Made by a program: the position numbers and the translations under genes
Notes under the pieces: generated by a model
What the model saw: the letters and a program-made list of their open reading frames with translations, nothing else
What the model was told of the DNA's origin: nothing
Databases searched by the model: none
Source: Hemiscyllium ocellatum
Lineage: Eukaryota
Assembly (NCBI RefSeq): GCF_020745735.1
Contig: NC_083412.1
Location: 63,206,320 to 63,270,319 of the forward strand
DNA: 64,000 nt
Reading direction: 5' to 3'
Shown: positions 1 to 12,400 of the stretch, one piece after another
How positions within the stretch are numbered: the stretch's first letter is position 1
How the letters are laid out: each line of letters starts with the position of its first letter

Positions 1-653
1 CAATTTTGACAATTTGGAGTAAGCACGATTGAAGATCTTGATGTTTCCAAAGTTCTATCTTGCTGAGATGACGTTCTAATCTGCCATTTAACCATAGTTC
101 TTACTTTTTGACATTTTTGTATACAAGATGGCTGTCGGTCTCCATTTGTTACAGGTGTACACTTTTGTGAAACTACTATTTTCTTTGCGGCAGGGTGCAC
201 TGAAGTATCTGAATCCAGATTGTTTCTAAACAAAGGTCTTTCCCTTTTGCGTCTATTGGCCAATGCTTTATGGCCACTGTGCAAAGGGTTATTGAACAAA
301 TCAAGATTAACATTTGTAATTGCTGATGAGTTCTTGATCTTTTTAGGTGATACCATTCCGTGCAATGTTTTCTGGTCCACATCATTACTCCTACATTTCC
401 TTGCTGCAGAACTTGAGCCCTTTTCTTCATGAGGAGGATTAAATGTATTAACTTCTTCAACTGCACCTCCACCAGAATTGGATGTTGCCCTAATATCGTC
501 CAAATATATTGATTTTAAAACATCTTTTGGAATTCCAGCATTCCAGTTTTTTTCAAGATCCAATGCTGCTTGTATGAGTTCATCATCCAAAGATAAGGAT
601 GATTCAGAAGCAAAGCCAGTATTCCCAAATGATGGATTAACATTAGCAGGGAC
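1..653 (-). CDS. POLQ: Probable POLQ coding exon 3, running off the window (VPANVNPSFGNTGFASESSLSLDDELIQAALD...)
   Basis: Acceptor ctgttttcttttcag| at 654. Translated by hand, the frame is stop-free from 653 to 1. The ORF track misses it because there is no ATG at the exon start and no stop inside the window. Confidence 0.65.
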
Positions 654-799
654 CTGAAAAGAAAACAGAAGTCATGTAATTATGTATTGTACAGTGGCAT
701 AAACATAAGCTGTTCAGGGATCCATTGTACGGTCTGGACCAATTCATGACAAAAATCAGAAAGATGCTCATTGGTTGGTATTGGCAAGGCCAACAAAAG

Positions 800-2570
800 G
801 CTAATAATTCAGGTGTCCTAAATAGTCTAAAGTACAGCCATCATAGTTTTGTCAAAGTAAATCATGTTCAACTAATTTACTGGAGTTCTTTGAAAAAATA
901 ACTTGTGCTGTAGATAAAGTGGAGCCAGTGGATGTACAAGTCGTCCCTGGTATAAGACATGTTTTGTCAACACAAATTGACTATAAGGCAATTGACGATT
1001 TGTGGAGGCTGTTTGGAGAACAAGAACTTTCTACTGAACAGATGTAGCAATTTTCTATAGTGATCTTCTATAGCATGATTTTCTACAACAGTTTTCCACA
1101 GCGTGATTTTCTATAGCATGAGGTTGCAAAGGAACGCAACTATTGTGTTATACCAGAACATCCTGTTTTGTACTTGAGCTTCCAGAAGGCATTTGATAAA
1201 GTGCTACATCAAAGATTTTGTGGAAAATGAAAGCTCACAATGTAGGGGGTAGCATGTTGGTATGGATCGAAGATTGGCGAGCTCACAGGAAGCAGAGATG
1301 AGGAATAAGTGGGTCTTTTTCAGACTGTCAAGATATCATGAGAAGTGTGCCAAGTGTGTTATGGCTGGGGCCTCAACACTTTTCAATTTATGAAGGGATC
1401 AAAGGTATAGTGACTAAATTTGCTAATGTCACAAAGGTGTGTTGATAAATCAGTTGTGGAGAGGACATAGATTATCTATATCCCTTTACAGATTCCTAAG
1501 ACAGTGGCAAAAATCTGGCATATGGGTGCAAAATATGAGAAATTGTCCATTTTGGCAGAAAGAATTTTAAAAAATATACAACCTAAATGCTGAAAGGTTG
1601 CAGAGCTCCAAAATAAAGAGAGATCTGGTTGGCCTTGTGCATGAATCACACAAGGTTAGTACACAGATAAAACAAGTAATCATGTTCTGGTCTATTGCAA
1701 GGGGAATTGGATGCAAGAGTATGAACATAATACTTCAGTTATACAGGCCATTGATGAGAACATTTTTTAATGCATTCACAGAATGTGGATGCTGTTGGCC
1801 AGGCCAGTACTTATTGCCCGTCCCTAATTGCCCAGTGGGCATTGACAGTCATTTACATTGCTGTGGGTCTGCAGTCACACGTAGGCCTGACTTGATAAGG
1901 ATGGCAGATTTCCTTCCGTAAAGGGCATCGAGTGAACCAGGTGAATTTTTCTGACAATCTGCAACAATTTCAATGTCATTAAACTCCCTTAATCACAGTT
2001 CTTTTTAAAATTTCAATCCAAATTTCACAGAATTTCCATAGGGTTTGAACCTGGGTCTCTAGATTAACAGTCTCGTGATAAATCCACTAGGTCATCACCA
2101 CTCCTTACATCCGGAGTACTGCATACAGTACTGATTACCATACTTATGGAAGGATGTTAATGGTTCAGAATCAGTTCGGATCAGATTGCTTTATGAGAAA
2201 AGGCTAGACCAGCCAAACATGAATCCTCTGTAGTCTTGAATAGTTATAGATGACTAAATTAAAACATATATAGATCCTGAGAGGACTTGATTGGGTGGAT
2301 GATGAAAGGATGATTTCTCTTAAGGGAAAATCTAGAACAAGGGCTCATCATTTTAAAAGTAGTTTTTAAAGCAGATTTTAAAAGGTTTTTCTCAGACTGT
2401 TGAGTCTTTGAAATTCCCTTACTCAAAAGGCAATAGATGCAGAACCTTTAAATGTTTTTTTTCAAAGGCAGAGCTAGTTTAATTCTTGATTACGAAGGGG
2501 AAGAAAGATTGACTAGCAGAAGAGAATCGAACGGCCGAATGGCCTATTCTTGTTCTGGTTCGTAGTAGGC
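800..2570 (+). mobile_element. Degenerate CR1-type LINE, interrupted by a MITE and a SINE
   Basis: Remnant RT motifs (TNLLEFFE, YL.FQKAFDKV.H) and a CR1-like 3' end. Confidence 0.75.
937..1165. mobile_element. Tigger/pogo-like MITE inserted in CR1
   Basis: Imperfect terminal inverted repeats caagtcgtccctggtataagaca / tgtgttataccagaacatcctg, with TA on the left. It splits the CR1 'VDV|LYL' codons. Confidence 0.65.
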
Positions 2571-2640
2571 ACTTGTTATCCGGCTTCAAGAATTTTGAGC
2601 CCCAAATCATGAAATTGTTTTTTTTAAGTGCAAAACCTAC

Positions 2641-2746
2641 CTCAGCGTGGGTCACGTCCGTGCGCTTTTCCTTCCCATTTGAACCAGGCATTCGCTGCTG
2701 CAAGCGGTTTGACCGGCGAAGGGTTGGGGAATGTGAATCAACGGCG
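2641..2746 (-). CDS. POLQ: Probable POLQ coding exon 2 (106 nt; SAVDSHSPTLRRSNRLQQRMPGSNGKEKRTDVTHAE)
   Basis: Acceptor tttttctctctctctgtccag| and donor GAG|gtaggt. The length 1+105 nt converts phase 2 to phase 0, exactly what is needed to join the flanking exons in frame. The segment is CpG-rich compared with its flanks. Confidence 0.65.
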
Positions 2747-3291
2747 CTGGACAGAGAGAGAGAAAAATTCCACTCTTGTACTCATCAATTTAATGCTACA
2801 CAGAGTCAAACGGATTTCTAATGTTCATTACCACACAATCTCATTCCGAAACATTAAAGCAGCATACTTTTCTTCAATTCAGGAATGTCACGTGTACAGT
2901 ACATCACTAGTAAACGAGAAATAATCCCGAAATGAGGACGCAACATTGGGTTAGACTGATTCATGACCTTTGTACAGCTGTTTGTTTCTTTCCCATTCCC
3001 AAATCACATGGCGCTCTGCTATCAAAAAGGCACACATTAGTTCATTGTTTCGCAACTGATTGTAAGGATAATTACGTTTAACCCTTCTATTATTTTAACA
3101 GTGGCAACATTTGGACTTTTGGCATGGGATTTTCTTTTTGAAACATATTAAGGGGAAATAGCATTAAAGATTTCTGCAAACCTTTAAGCATGCTAGAAAA
3201 TTATAATTTTATGAGTTTTTTTGTAGTTGAAACGAAAATCTACCATGACATGGATATTGTACTAGGTACGGTACTGGGCTAATAATCCAAA

Positions 3292-3415
3292 GAGTAAAAA
3301 ATGAGGTCTGCAGATGCTGGAGATCACAGCTGCAAATGTGTTGCTGGTCAAAGCACAGCAGGCCAGGCAGCATCTCAGGAATAGAGAATTCGACGTTTCG
3401 AGCATAAGCCCTTCA
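3292..3415 (-). mobile_element. Short hammerhead-family repeat, truncated within the CUGAUGA box
   Basis: Near-identical to the reverse complement of 44131-44216; both give the peptide AANVLLVKAQQ.RQHLRNREFDVSSISPSS in the ORF track. Confidence 0.8.
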
Positions 3416-3646
3416 AGTAATCGTAGGAAACGGTGTTCAAATCATACCATAAATTCAGATTTCAGTATCTGGTTCATTAACTTTTTTAAAGAAACGTACA
3501 GTTTCTTATCCATTCTAGGTTACACGCGACTCAGTCGAACACTCTTGCTGGATGCCCTCTGATGTCGCCGAAAGTGCACGCTGACAGGCCCTGTGAATAA
3601 TTTCCCCATTCTAAATTAAACTGAAAACAGCAGCAGAGTTTCTTAC

Positions 3647-3729
3647 CTTCGCTTTTGAATGAGGATTCGATGTTGACCCATAAATCTTTGCCGGCATTTG
3701 ATCGCTGGAGTAGTTTCTTTGTTGGTCAT
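3647..3729 (-). CDS. POLQ: Probable DNA polymerase theta, first coding exon (MTNKETTPAIKCRQRFMGQHRILIQKR, phase-2 end)
   Basis: ATG at 3729 and a strong donor AG|GTAAGA at 3647/3646. The phase chain 2 then 0 fits the next two exons. The 'MGQH' motif resembles the N-terminus of non-mammalian POLQ as I recall it, FBXO40 is a POLQ neighbour in human, and the promoter has a CDE/CHR element. No catalytic domain is in the window, so the gene name is an inference. Confidence 0.6.
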
Positions 3730-4173
3730 ATCTGAGGATTGGACTCTGAAGTTGCTGAGCTGATTTCCTGCTTTTGATCAGCTTTTCCGATTTTCACCCT
3801 TAACTTAGGAATGATTACATCCCGCACTGAATCTAGGGACTTCTCTGCTCTTTCAACATTTATAAATTCATCTGCGTGTTTATAAGACATTAGTACGTCA
3901 CTTTTATGTGAATAAATCACATTCCATTTCTGCTTCACTGTAATTGGACAACAAAATAATTAGATGAAATTTACAGGATCTCGGGTCAGTTTCTTTTGGG
4001 TAGTCGTTCATTCAGTGTTTATGTCTATTTCTGATTATTTAAATATATATTTTATTCTCAGTCAGATAACAGACGACTTATTTCCTCAGTTTTGATCATT
4101 CTAATATTTCAGTGCATTCTCAGTTGGGCCGACAAGCTCAGAACTCCCCTTCCCAACTGACCACTTCGTCAGT

Positions 4174-4300
4174 TTCAAACATGCCGCCACCGGAAACTCA
4201 ACCCGGTCCGCCGCTTAATCCATTCCCCCGTCCGGGGCGTTTCTGGCAAGTCCGCCTGGCAACCGCTCCCCCCCCCCCCCACTGACCCTCTTCCGGTGAT
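4174..4300 (-). promoter_or_regulatory. GC-rich promoter with CDE/CHR element and ETS sites
   Basis: The minus strand reads TGGCGG-catg-TTTGAA: CDE at 4184-4189, a 4-nt spacer, CHR at 4174-4179. CCGGAA is adjacent at 4190-4195, with a second copy near 4291. The region is locally CpG-rich. Confidence 0.7.
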
Positions 4301-4321
4301 AGCAGGGAAGACTCACTCTGC

Positions 4322-5385
4322 CCAAGTTAAAAATCACACAACACCAGGTTATTGTCCAACAGGTTTATTTGGAAGTATAAGCTGTCGGAGCAGGATCATA
4401 GGGCACAGAATTATTGTAAAATATCACAGTACCATACAACTGTTGCGATGTATTGAACAAACCTCGATTGCAGAGGTAAAAAACAATGACTGCAGATGCT
4501 GGAAACCAGATTCTGGGTCAGTGGTGCTGGAAGAGCACAGCAGTTCAGGCAGCATCCAAGGAGCAGCGAAATCGACGTTTTGGGCAAAAGCCTTAATCAC
4601 TTAGAATGGGGTTGCAGGTTTCGATTCATTAAAATGTAACTCCCATAACTTCTTTCAAGTCACATTTCCAAGATAACTTAAGGTTTTTTTTAAAAAAGTT
4701 TTGTAAAATCATGAGGGGCATGGATAGGATAAATAGACAAGGTATTTTCCCTGAGATGGGGAGTCCAAAACTACAGGTCATAGGGTTACGGTGAGAGGAG
4801 AAAGATATAAAAAGGACCTACAGGGCAACTTTTTTTCACACAGAGGGTGACATGTGTATGGAATGAGCTGCCAGAGAAAGTGGTGGAGGCTGGTACAATT
4901 GCAACATTTAAAAGTCATCTGAATGAGTATATGAATATGAAGGGTTTAGAGGGATATGGGCCAAGTGCTGACAAATGGGACTACTAGATTAAGTTAGAAT
5001 ATCTGTTCGGCATGGATGAGTTGGACTGAAGCATCTATTACCGTGCTGTACATCTCTATGACTTTATCTCAGCTCACACAATGCATTAAAAGTGTGAAGT
5101 TAGAGTCTATCTGTATTCCAATCTTGAGTCAGACTGGTTCTATTTTCAAAGTAGGGATTTATAAAATATCACATGGACTGATTGCCTACAGATTATATGA
5201 TTTTTGAACAGAATAGAGAGTATCTACAAATTCACCCCATAGACTCATATGTGTGCATGTCAGGGAGGGAGAGAAAGAGTGCGTGTGTGTATGTGTGCTT
5301 GTACTTCCAAATAAACCTCTGGGACTATAACCTGATGTGTGATTTTTAACTTTGTCTACCCGAATCCAACACTGGCACATCATGT
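4322..5385. mobile_element. Penelope-like terminal-repeat remnant with inverted ends, containing nested inserts
   Basis: 4325-4375 and ~5300-5352 are inverted copies of the motif also seen at 6391 and 7910-7960. Nested inserts are a short repeat at ~4472-4595 and a CR1 3' end at ~4700-5062. Confidence 0.7.
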
Positions 5386-6390
5386 CCCTGCCCAGACTAC
5401 TGGAGCAAGGTGCTGCGTTGTGAATGGTTACCCATTTATTCTAGTGAGGCAAATAAATCTCCAGAATGATATTTAACATATTGCAAGTTGTTCAGAGAGA
5501 AAACAAATTTGGAAGGATGCAGCTCTTTGATTGTTTTGTAATCCCTAGAGGGCACATAAAGTCCATTCAGCCCACTGAGACTATACTGACCCTTCAAAGA
5601 ACATCCCACCTGTTGCATTAACAATACTCTTGCCATGGCCAATCCCTGTGACCTGCACATCTCTGGACACAACACACAATTTACCATGGTCAGTCCACCT
5701 AACCCACAGAGGAAACACGTGCAGACATGGGATGAACATGCAAACTCCATGCTGTCACCCACGACTAGAATCAAATCTGGATCCCTGGTGCTGTGAAGCA
5801 GCAGTACTAACCACTGTGCCACCTTGTCACTTTCATCAGAAAGCTTTTCTAATGCAACTATTAATAGCAAATTCAGCTGGAGCTGTATTGGGTAATGATT
5901 TGGAAGAGGGTTAATGTTTCATTTAACGTTGGCTGCACCCAATTTGGTAATGTTACACAGGAAGTAGACAAGGTAGACTTCAGCATTCAGAGGGAGCAGA
6001 TGTATCTGTATCAGCTGCTGAAGCTCCCACTCATTTTGCTTGACCAAATGTAGTTGTACTTCTTGCTAACAATGCAGTAAAACGTCTTGTGTAAACTCTC
6101 TCCAGTAGTTAATCACTAGTAGAACCAAGACAAAGGAGAATTGGTGTACTAGTTCAAATATTCTTCCTCACTGCACATACTAGTCTAACTGGCAAGTACC
6201 ACGAGATGCTAGCAGTGATCATGTGGGAAGACATATCTAGATTCTGGTGACTATTGTTAGAGCAACTCTCAAATGCTCCTCCAGGACACTTGTTTTCAGT
6301 TTTTATGGCATAGTGACCAAGTGCCAAAGGATCTGTTGGAAGTGATAATGTTACAAAGTGAAATTTGTTTCCCACTCACTTAAATAAAGG

Positions 6391-7998
6391 GTCACACAAC
6401 ACCAGGTTATATTCCAACAGGTTTATTTGGAAGTACTAGTTTTCGGAGTGCTGCTCTTTTGTCAGGTAGCTGGTGGGGCAGGATCATAAGACACAGAATT
6501 TATAGCACAAGATCATGGTGTCATGCAACTGATATATATTGAACAAACCTAGGTTGCTGTTGAGTTTTTCACCTTTTAGAATGGGTTGCAGGTTTTTATC
6601 CATTAATATGTAAATCCCAGAACTTCTTTCAAGTCATATTCCCAAGATTACTTAAAGTTGTATTTAAAAAAGGTGACATCTCAGCTTAGATAATGCATTA
6701 AAGGTGTGAGGCTAGAGTCTGTATGTATTCTAATCTTGATTAAGAATGGTTCTATTTCCAAAATAGAAATTTATAAATGTCACATGGATTGACTGCCTTC
6801 ATTGACTGCCTGCAGATTGTGTGCTTTTTGAGTAAAATAGAATGTATCTGCAAATTTAATTTTGCCAATACAAATTCACCCCATAGACTTATATGTGTGA
6901 ATGCGTGCATGTGAGGGGGGGAAAAGAGAGAGACAGAGAGAGAGAGAGCAAGTGTGAATGTGTGCGTGCATGTCGTAGCAGATGCTATGACAATGGATGA
7001 ATGGTGACCACGCAACAATCGCCATACAGGGACATTCCCTCCCAGTCAGGGAACACTTCAGCATTCGGGGACATTTGGCCTCGAATATTCGGGTGACCGT
7101 CCTCCAAGCCAGACTTCAGGGTACACAACAATGCAGAATAGCCGAGCAGAGGCTGGTAGCCAAGTTCGATACCTATGAGGATGGCCTTAACAGGGACCTG
7201 GGATTCATGTCACACTACATGTGACCACACTATACCATACAATCTCACACATACTGACACAGAAGCACACTTATGTACACACCTTTGCATACTCACACAC
7301 ACGCAGACCTTCTCTCTCACACACACATACACTCCCCTCATTCACAAGCTTATACTCCATCACACACACAAACTCTACCAAGCACGTACACATGCACAGT
7401 TACATGCACACACATATATACACATGTACATACTCACACTCTTTCTCTCCCTCACATGCATGACATACACATGTAAGTCTATGGGATGAATTTACATTTG
7501 CAGAATTTAATTTGCAGACACATTCTATTTTGATGAAAAAGCACACAATCTGCAGGCAGTCAATCCATGCGACTTTTCCTACTTTGGAAATAGAACCGGT
7601 CTGACTCAAGATTGGAATATAGACAGACTCTAACCTCACAACTTTAATTCATTGTCTGAGCTGAGATGTCACCTTTTACAAAACCTTAAGTTATCTCAGG
7701 AATTTGACTTGAAAGAAATTCTGGGATTTACATATTAATGAATCGAAATCTGCAACCCATTCTAAAAGATGAAAGACTTAACAGCAATTTAGGTTTGTTC
7801 AATATATCGTGTCAGTTACATGACACTATGATCTTGTGCTATAAATTCTGTGAATTATGATCCTACCCTACTAGCTACCTGACAAAGGAGCAGCACTTCG
7901 AAAGCTAGTACTTCCAAACAAACCTGTTGAACTATAACCTGGTGTTGTATGATTTTTAACTTAGTCCACCCCAGTCCAACACCGGCATCTCCTCATCA
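6391..7998 (+). mobile_element. Penelope-like element 3' end with an upstream inverted terminal repeat
   Basis: GIY-YIG C-terminal remnant (MNGDHATI...PVREHFS..GH...RIAEQRLVAKFDTYEDGLNRDLGFMSHY) at 6997-7224 and a CA-rich tract. 6391-~6960 is the inverted copy of ~7420-7950. Confidence 0.8.
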
Positions 7999-9779
7999 TT
8001 TATTCTTTAAGACTGAGCAGTTTCAAAAATACCTCATTCTGAGCCTAAAAACAGTGAATTTCATCATTGGTGTGAGTACTTTTATTGGATTTATTCTTGA
8101 TTCACTTCGCTTACTGACTCCCAATTCCAACTTGCTTTGAAATTACTTTTAATGATTTGCTATCCTTAAGAAAACTGCTGTGGCTCAGATTGCATGCAAT
8201 ATTCTCAATTGTTCCAGTTCAACTCTGTTTCTGCTGATAGTTTCGTCACTTCAGTAAAAGATCATATTTTCATGAAATATGGAAAAATGTACAACCTTAA
8301 TCCGACAGTGTTTCTTTATGTGAAACAGTTGGCAATGTTAGTCTGTCATTAAACAGCAAATAATTTCAGTTTTCCTGAGAATAATAAATACCTTTTCATT
8401 CCTGAGGGCCAATATCTAGGATAACATTGCAGATGTGTGTACCTGAGTCGAGAATGTGGTGCTGGAAAAGCGCAGCCAGTCAGGCAGCATCCAAGGAGCA
8501 CGTGTATGTACCTGCCCAGCAGCCCCTGAGGATGCTGGACCCTGCTCTCCCATGGCAACCATCAACATGCTCACTGGCTAGATTTACAGGTTGCTAGCCT
8601 ATCACCAAAGTATGTACCTTGAGTGACGCCACAAACATAGAACATCACCCCTCAATTTGTAGTTATGCCCTCTTGTACAAGGTGACATCATAATCCTAGG
8701 AAAAAGACTTTCACTGTCTACCTAATCCTCTGATCATCTTGTATGTCTCTATCAATTTCCCTCTTAGCCTTCTTCTTTCCAGTGAGAACAGACCCAAGTG
8801 TCTCAGCCTTTCCTCATAAACATGGATGACCAGGAGACATTCCTGCTCTTAATGCCTCTCATAGGCATATTGTAAGGGTTTATAAGATGATAATCATCCT
8901 GTTTGACTGCATTATGAATGCATTTTCTCATAGTCAAAAAGTTCTAGAATGCACCTCAAACCCAGTTAAACATGCTACCTGCTTCACGACAAGATCTTCC
9001 ATTACCATATTACTAATGAAAAATGAACAAAATGTTGTCTGTACTAAGACTTTATTTGTACAATTGAATTATAAAGCTTCACAGTTTCAATTTTCAATTA
9101 CAGTAAATGTTTAGCATGAGTAAATATCTTAATAGTAATATCATAAAAATTGATAATAAGATATTATGAGAAATTGAGTTTCAGCTTTTCCTTTAGGTGG
9201 ACTGGGAGTTGCTTCACATCCCTGACAAAGAACACCAAGTCACTATGACAATACCTGTATCTGCATCAAGAGTTGTATTTCCTTTCCCTTCCCAGTGTAG
9301 TGAAAATTGTATGGAGAATGCACCAGTTACTTCATGGCAATACCATTAGCATTCAGAATCAAAGCACTCTCCTTTCATACAATGTAAATGTTACTTTGTT
9401 TTGGTATTCGCACATTCCGTGAATTAATAATGAAAATATAATAACTATTAGTACAATAACAAAAGTTTCGACAAAACATGCAGAATATTCTTAGGCCATG
9501 AAAATCTTATGCAAAATAAGATATTTGGAAAAAATAATTGGTGAGAATGAAAAATGGGATTGTTGACATCAAGGGAAAAAAAATCACATTTTCTACATAA
9601 GATTTTAATGGCTAGCTGAGTTTCTCACTTGGTACCAGTGAGTAGCTGAATTGCATGTATTAATATCTGATTATTAACTAATCTTGTTTCATGATAAGAC
9701 TGATTGTCATTTTTTTCCAGGCAGCAGAGAGAAATTAGACATGACAATTTCCAACATGAAAATCAGAGCAGTTACCTGT

Positions 9780-10900
9780 TGGCTACAGGTTGCTAGCACC
9801 CACTTTCGGTCTTCATGTTACTCAAGGATGTATCTCAAGGCTTTTAGGTTACTTCCTTTGCACTCACCTTGTGCCAATTGGATGCTCAATCTCTGACTTG
9901 CCTTTTTGTGCATTGCTCCCTCATTTAGAACTACAGCCCTACAAAATTTCTGTTTTCTCTTGCCATTTAGCACAGACACGAAGCCAGGCAACTTGTCATG
10001 TTTGTCAGCAATGATCTTTGAAATGGGGGGAATATGTCGCTGTATGGCACCATGTCACATCTGCAGTATGTGCCAACACAATATACAACAAACACACTGC
10101 ATGTGTTTCAACAAAATGACAGTGTCTCAACATCTAAGGGATAATCCTTGTTCATGTGAAGGGGGACAGTTTCATTGAGGTAATGTTAGCACAATCAGTC
10201 AAGAACATCATCTGATATCTGTTCAGAGGTTCAGACATAGTCAGTTGGTTTGGTTAGTTGGTATGTGCAGGGTCAGGGGTCCACTCATTACAACCTGGGG
10301 GGTAGGCCATGGTCAGTCCTGTAGAATGAGTTCAACCAGCCCTAGGGATTAGCAGTAAGTCAGTCAGGGAGCCATCATTTCAAGTCATTGGGGGAGTAGG
10401 GTTGAAGGCACAGTCAGTCAGGGGTGCCTGTTCACTGAAAGTCAAGGGGTTTCTCAAGGCCACGGCTGTAGTAGATAAGTTGGGGATTGGAGGCAGTGAA
10501 CTGGGATGCAGAGGGGACAATACCTGTGAAGAGAGACAACTCAGCATAAAAATGTGGGAGACAGAGTGGAGGAGGGCATAATTTACTTCAGGATCATTGA
10601 CAGCTTTGATGGGGGAAAGCAGCTTAAATATGTTTGACATTACGAAATTGTATGCTTAAGACACAGGGGATAAAGTGGGGAGAAGAAATGTTAAAATAAA
10701 ATGGATGGCATGGAACATGGAAGCCTCAAGCTAGATGGGATTAATAGTAACTGCAAGGCAAAAAGGGACATGAAGGTTTGGAGAGGAGCAAACCTGGACT
10801 GAGAGGCTAACCCTGGAACTCACTCTGTGAAGTGATATTCTTGTTGCCTTTCACCTTCATTCAAATCACAAATGCACAACTGTGATGGAAACTAACCACC
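9780..10900. mobile_element. Old repeat, probably a PIF/Harbinger remnant; related copy at ~41510-42700
   Basis: The blocks gacacgaagcca.gca.cttgtca and tgcagaggggac/tgcagagggga are shared between the two loci. The family assignment is tentative. Confidence 0.4.
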
Positions 10901-11209
10901 ACCACACCCACCATGGGCAGAGTATGTTTTTTTTTGCCAGAGGAAATAGGCTCTACTTGTGAGTGATGTAGGGCCTTTTAGAATTGTGGATATGAATCTT
11001 GCACAGTGAGCAATTATGTTGATGAATAATCCTGGTCACCAGCAACATCAGCCATGTCTCATTGCAATTACAAATTAATCCTCAGGTGAAATTCTTCCAG
11101 GCACTCAATGATGCCATTCACGAGCAAGAACTCTAAGAATTTTTTAAACTTCAAATACTTTATCTTCCCATTGTACCAAATACTTGCCCCTTTTAAAATA
11201 TGCATGTGC

Positions 11210-12400
11210 CTGTGTCATACAGCATGGAAACAGACTCTTCAGCCCAACGAGTCCATGCTGACAACGCTCCCAAACCAAACCAGTCCCACTTGCCTGAGTT
11301 TGGCCCATATCCCTCCAAACTTTTTCCATTCATGTATTTTTCCAAATGTCTTTTAAATATTGTACTTGCATCCACCACTTCCTCTGGCATTTCATTCCAC
11401 AGACTAACCACTCTGTGTAAAATAGTTGCCCCTCATGATCTTTTTAAAGCTGTCTCCTCTAAAATTAAAAATATGCCCCCTAATTTTAAGCTCTCCCACC
11501 CCAGGAAAAGACCCTTGCTATTTACCTTATCTATGCCCTCCTTGATTTTATAAACCTCAACCCTCATACACTCCAGTGAAAAAGGTCACAGTCTATCCAG
11601 CCTATTTTTATAACTGAAATCCTGCAATCCTGGCAACATTCTGGTAAATCTATTCCCAATCCTCTCCAATTTAATAATATCTTTCCTATAGCAGGGCATC
11701 CAGAATTGCAAACAGTACTCCAGAAGAGGCCTCACCAATATCCTGTACAACCTCAACATGACATCCCAACTCCTATACTCTGAGCAATGAAGGCAAGCAT
11801 GCTAAACACCTTCTTAACCACTCATCTACCTGTGACACAAATTTCAAAAGAATTATGTACCAGAATCTTTAGGTCTCTCTCTGTTCTACTACACTACCAA
11901 AGCCTTACCTAATGGTCTAAGTTCTACCCTTGCTTGCTTCACCAAAATATATCTCACATTTATTCAAATTATACTCCATCTTCCACTCCTCAGCCCATTG
12001 ACCTCATAGAACAAAATCTCTTTGTAATCTTAAATAACCTGCTTTACTGTCCACGGTACTGCCAATTTTGGTGTTATCATCAAACCTACTAATCATGCCT
12101 CCTATATTCTCATTCACATTGTTTATGTAAGTGACAAACCAAAGTGGACCCAGTACTGATCCCTGTGGAACACTGCTGGTCACAGGCCTCTGGTCTGAAG
12201 AACAGCCCTCCACCACCATTGTCTGTCTTCTACCATCAAGCCAATTTTGTACCCAATTGGCAAGCTCACACTGAAGCCAATGTGGTTTAATTTCACTAAT
12301 TAGTCTACCATACGCAACTTTGTCAAAGGTTTTACTGAAGTCTATGTAGACAACGCTTACCACTCTGCCCACATCAATCTTTTTGGTTACTTCCTTAAAA
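11210..12400 (-). mobile_element. CR1-type LINE 3' fragment
   Basis: ORF 12004-12372 contains VYIDFSKTFDKV...SVPQGSVLGP...FDDNTK; CR1 3' UTR near 11215. Confidence 0.9.

Noticed and set aside
176-472. Listed ORFs at 176-472 and 220-432
   Set aside because: They are alternative-frame or antisense shadows of the real exon at 653-1.
3647-3697. Alternative start MPAKIYGSTSNPHSKAK spliced directly to the 653 exon
   Set aside because: It is phase-compatible, but a well-formed 106-nt exon links the MGQH frame. Not excluded as a skipping isoform, but there is no support for it.
7175-7489. His/Thr-rich ORFs
   Set aside because: They are translations of a degenerate CA microsatellite.
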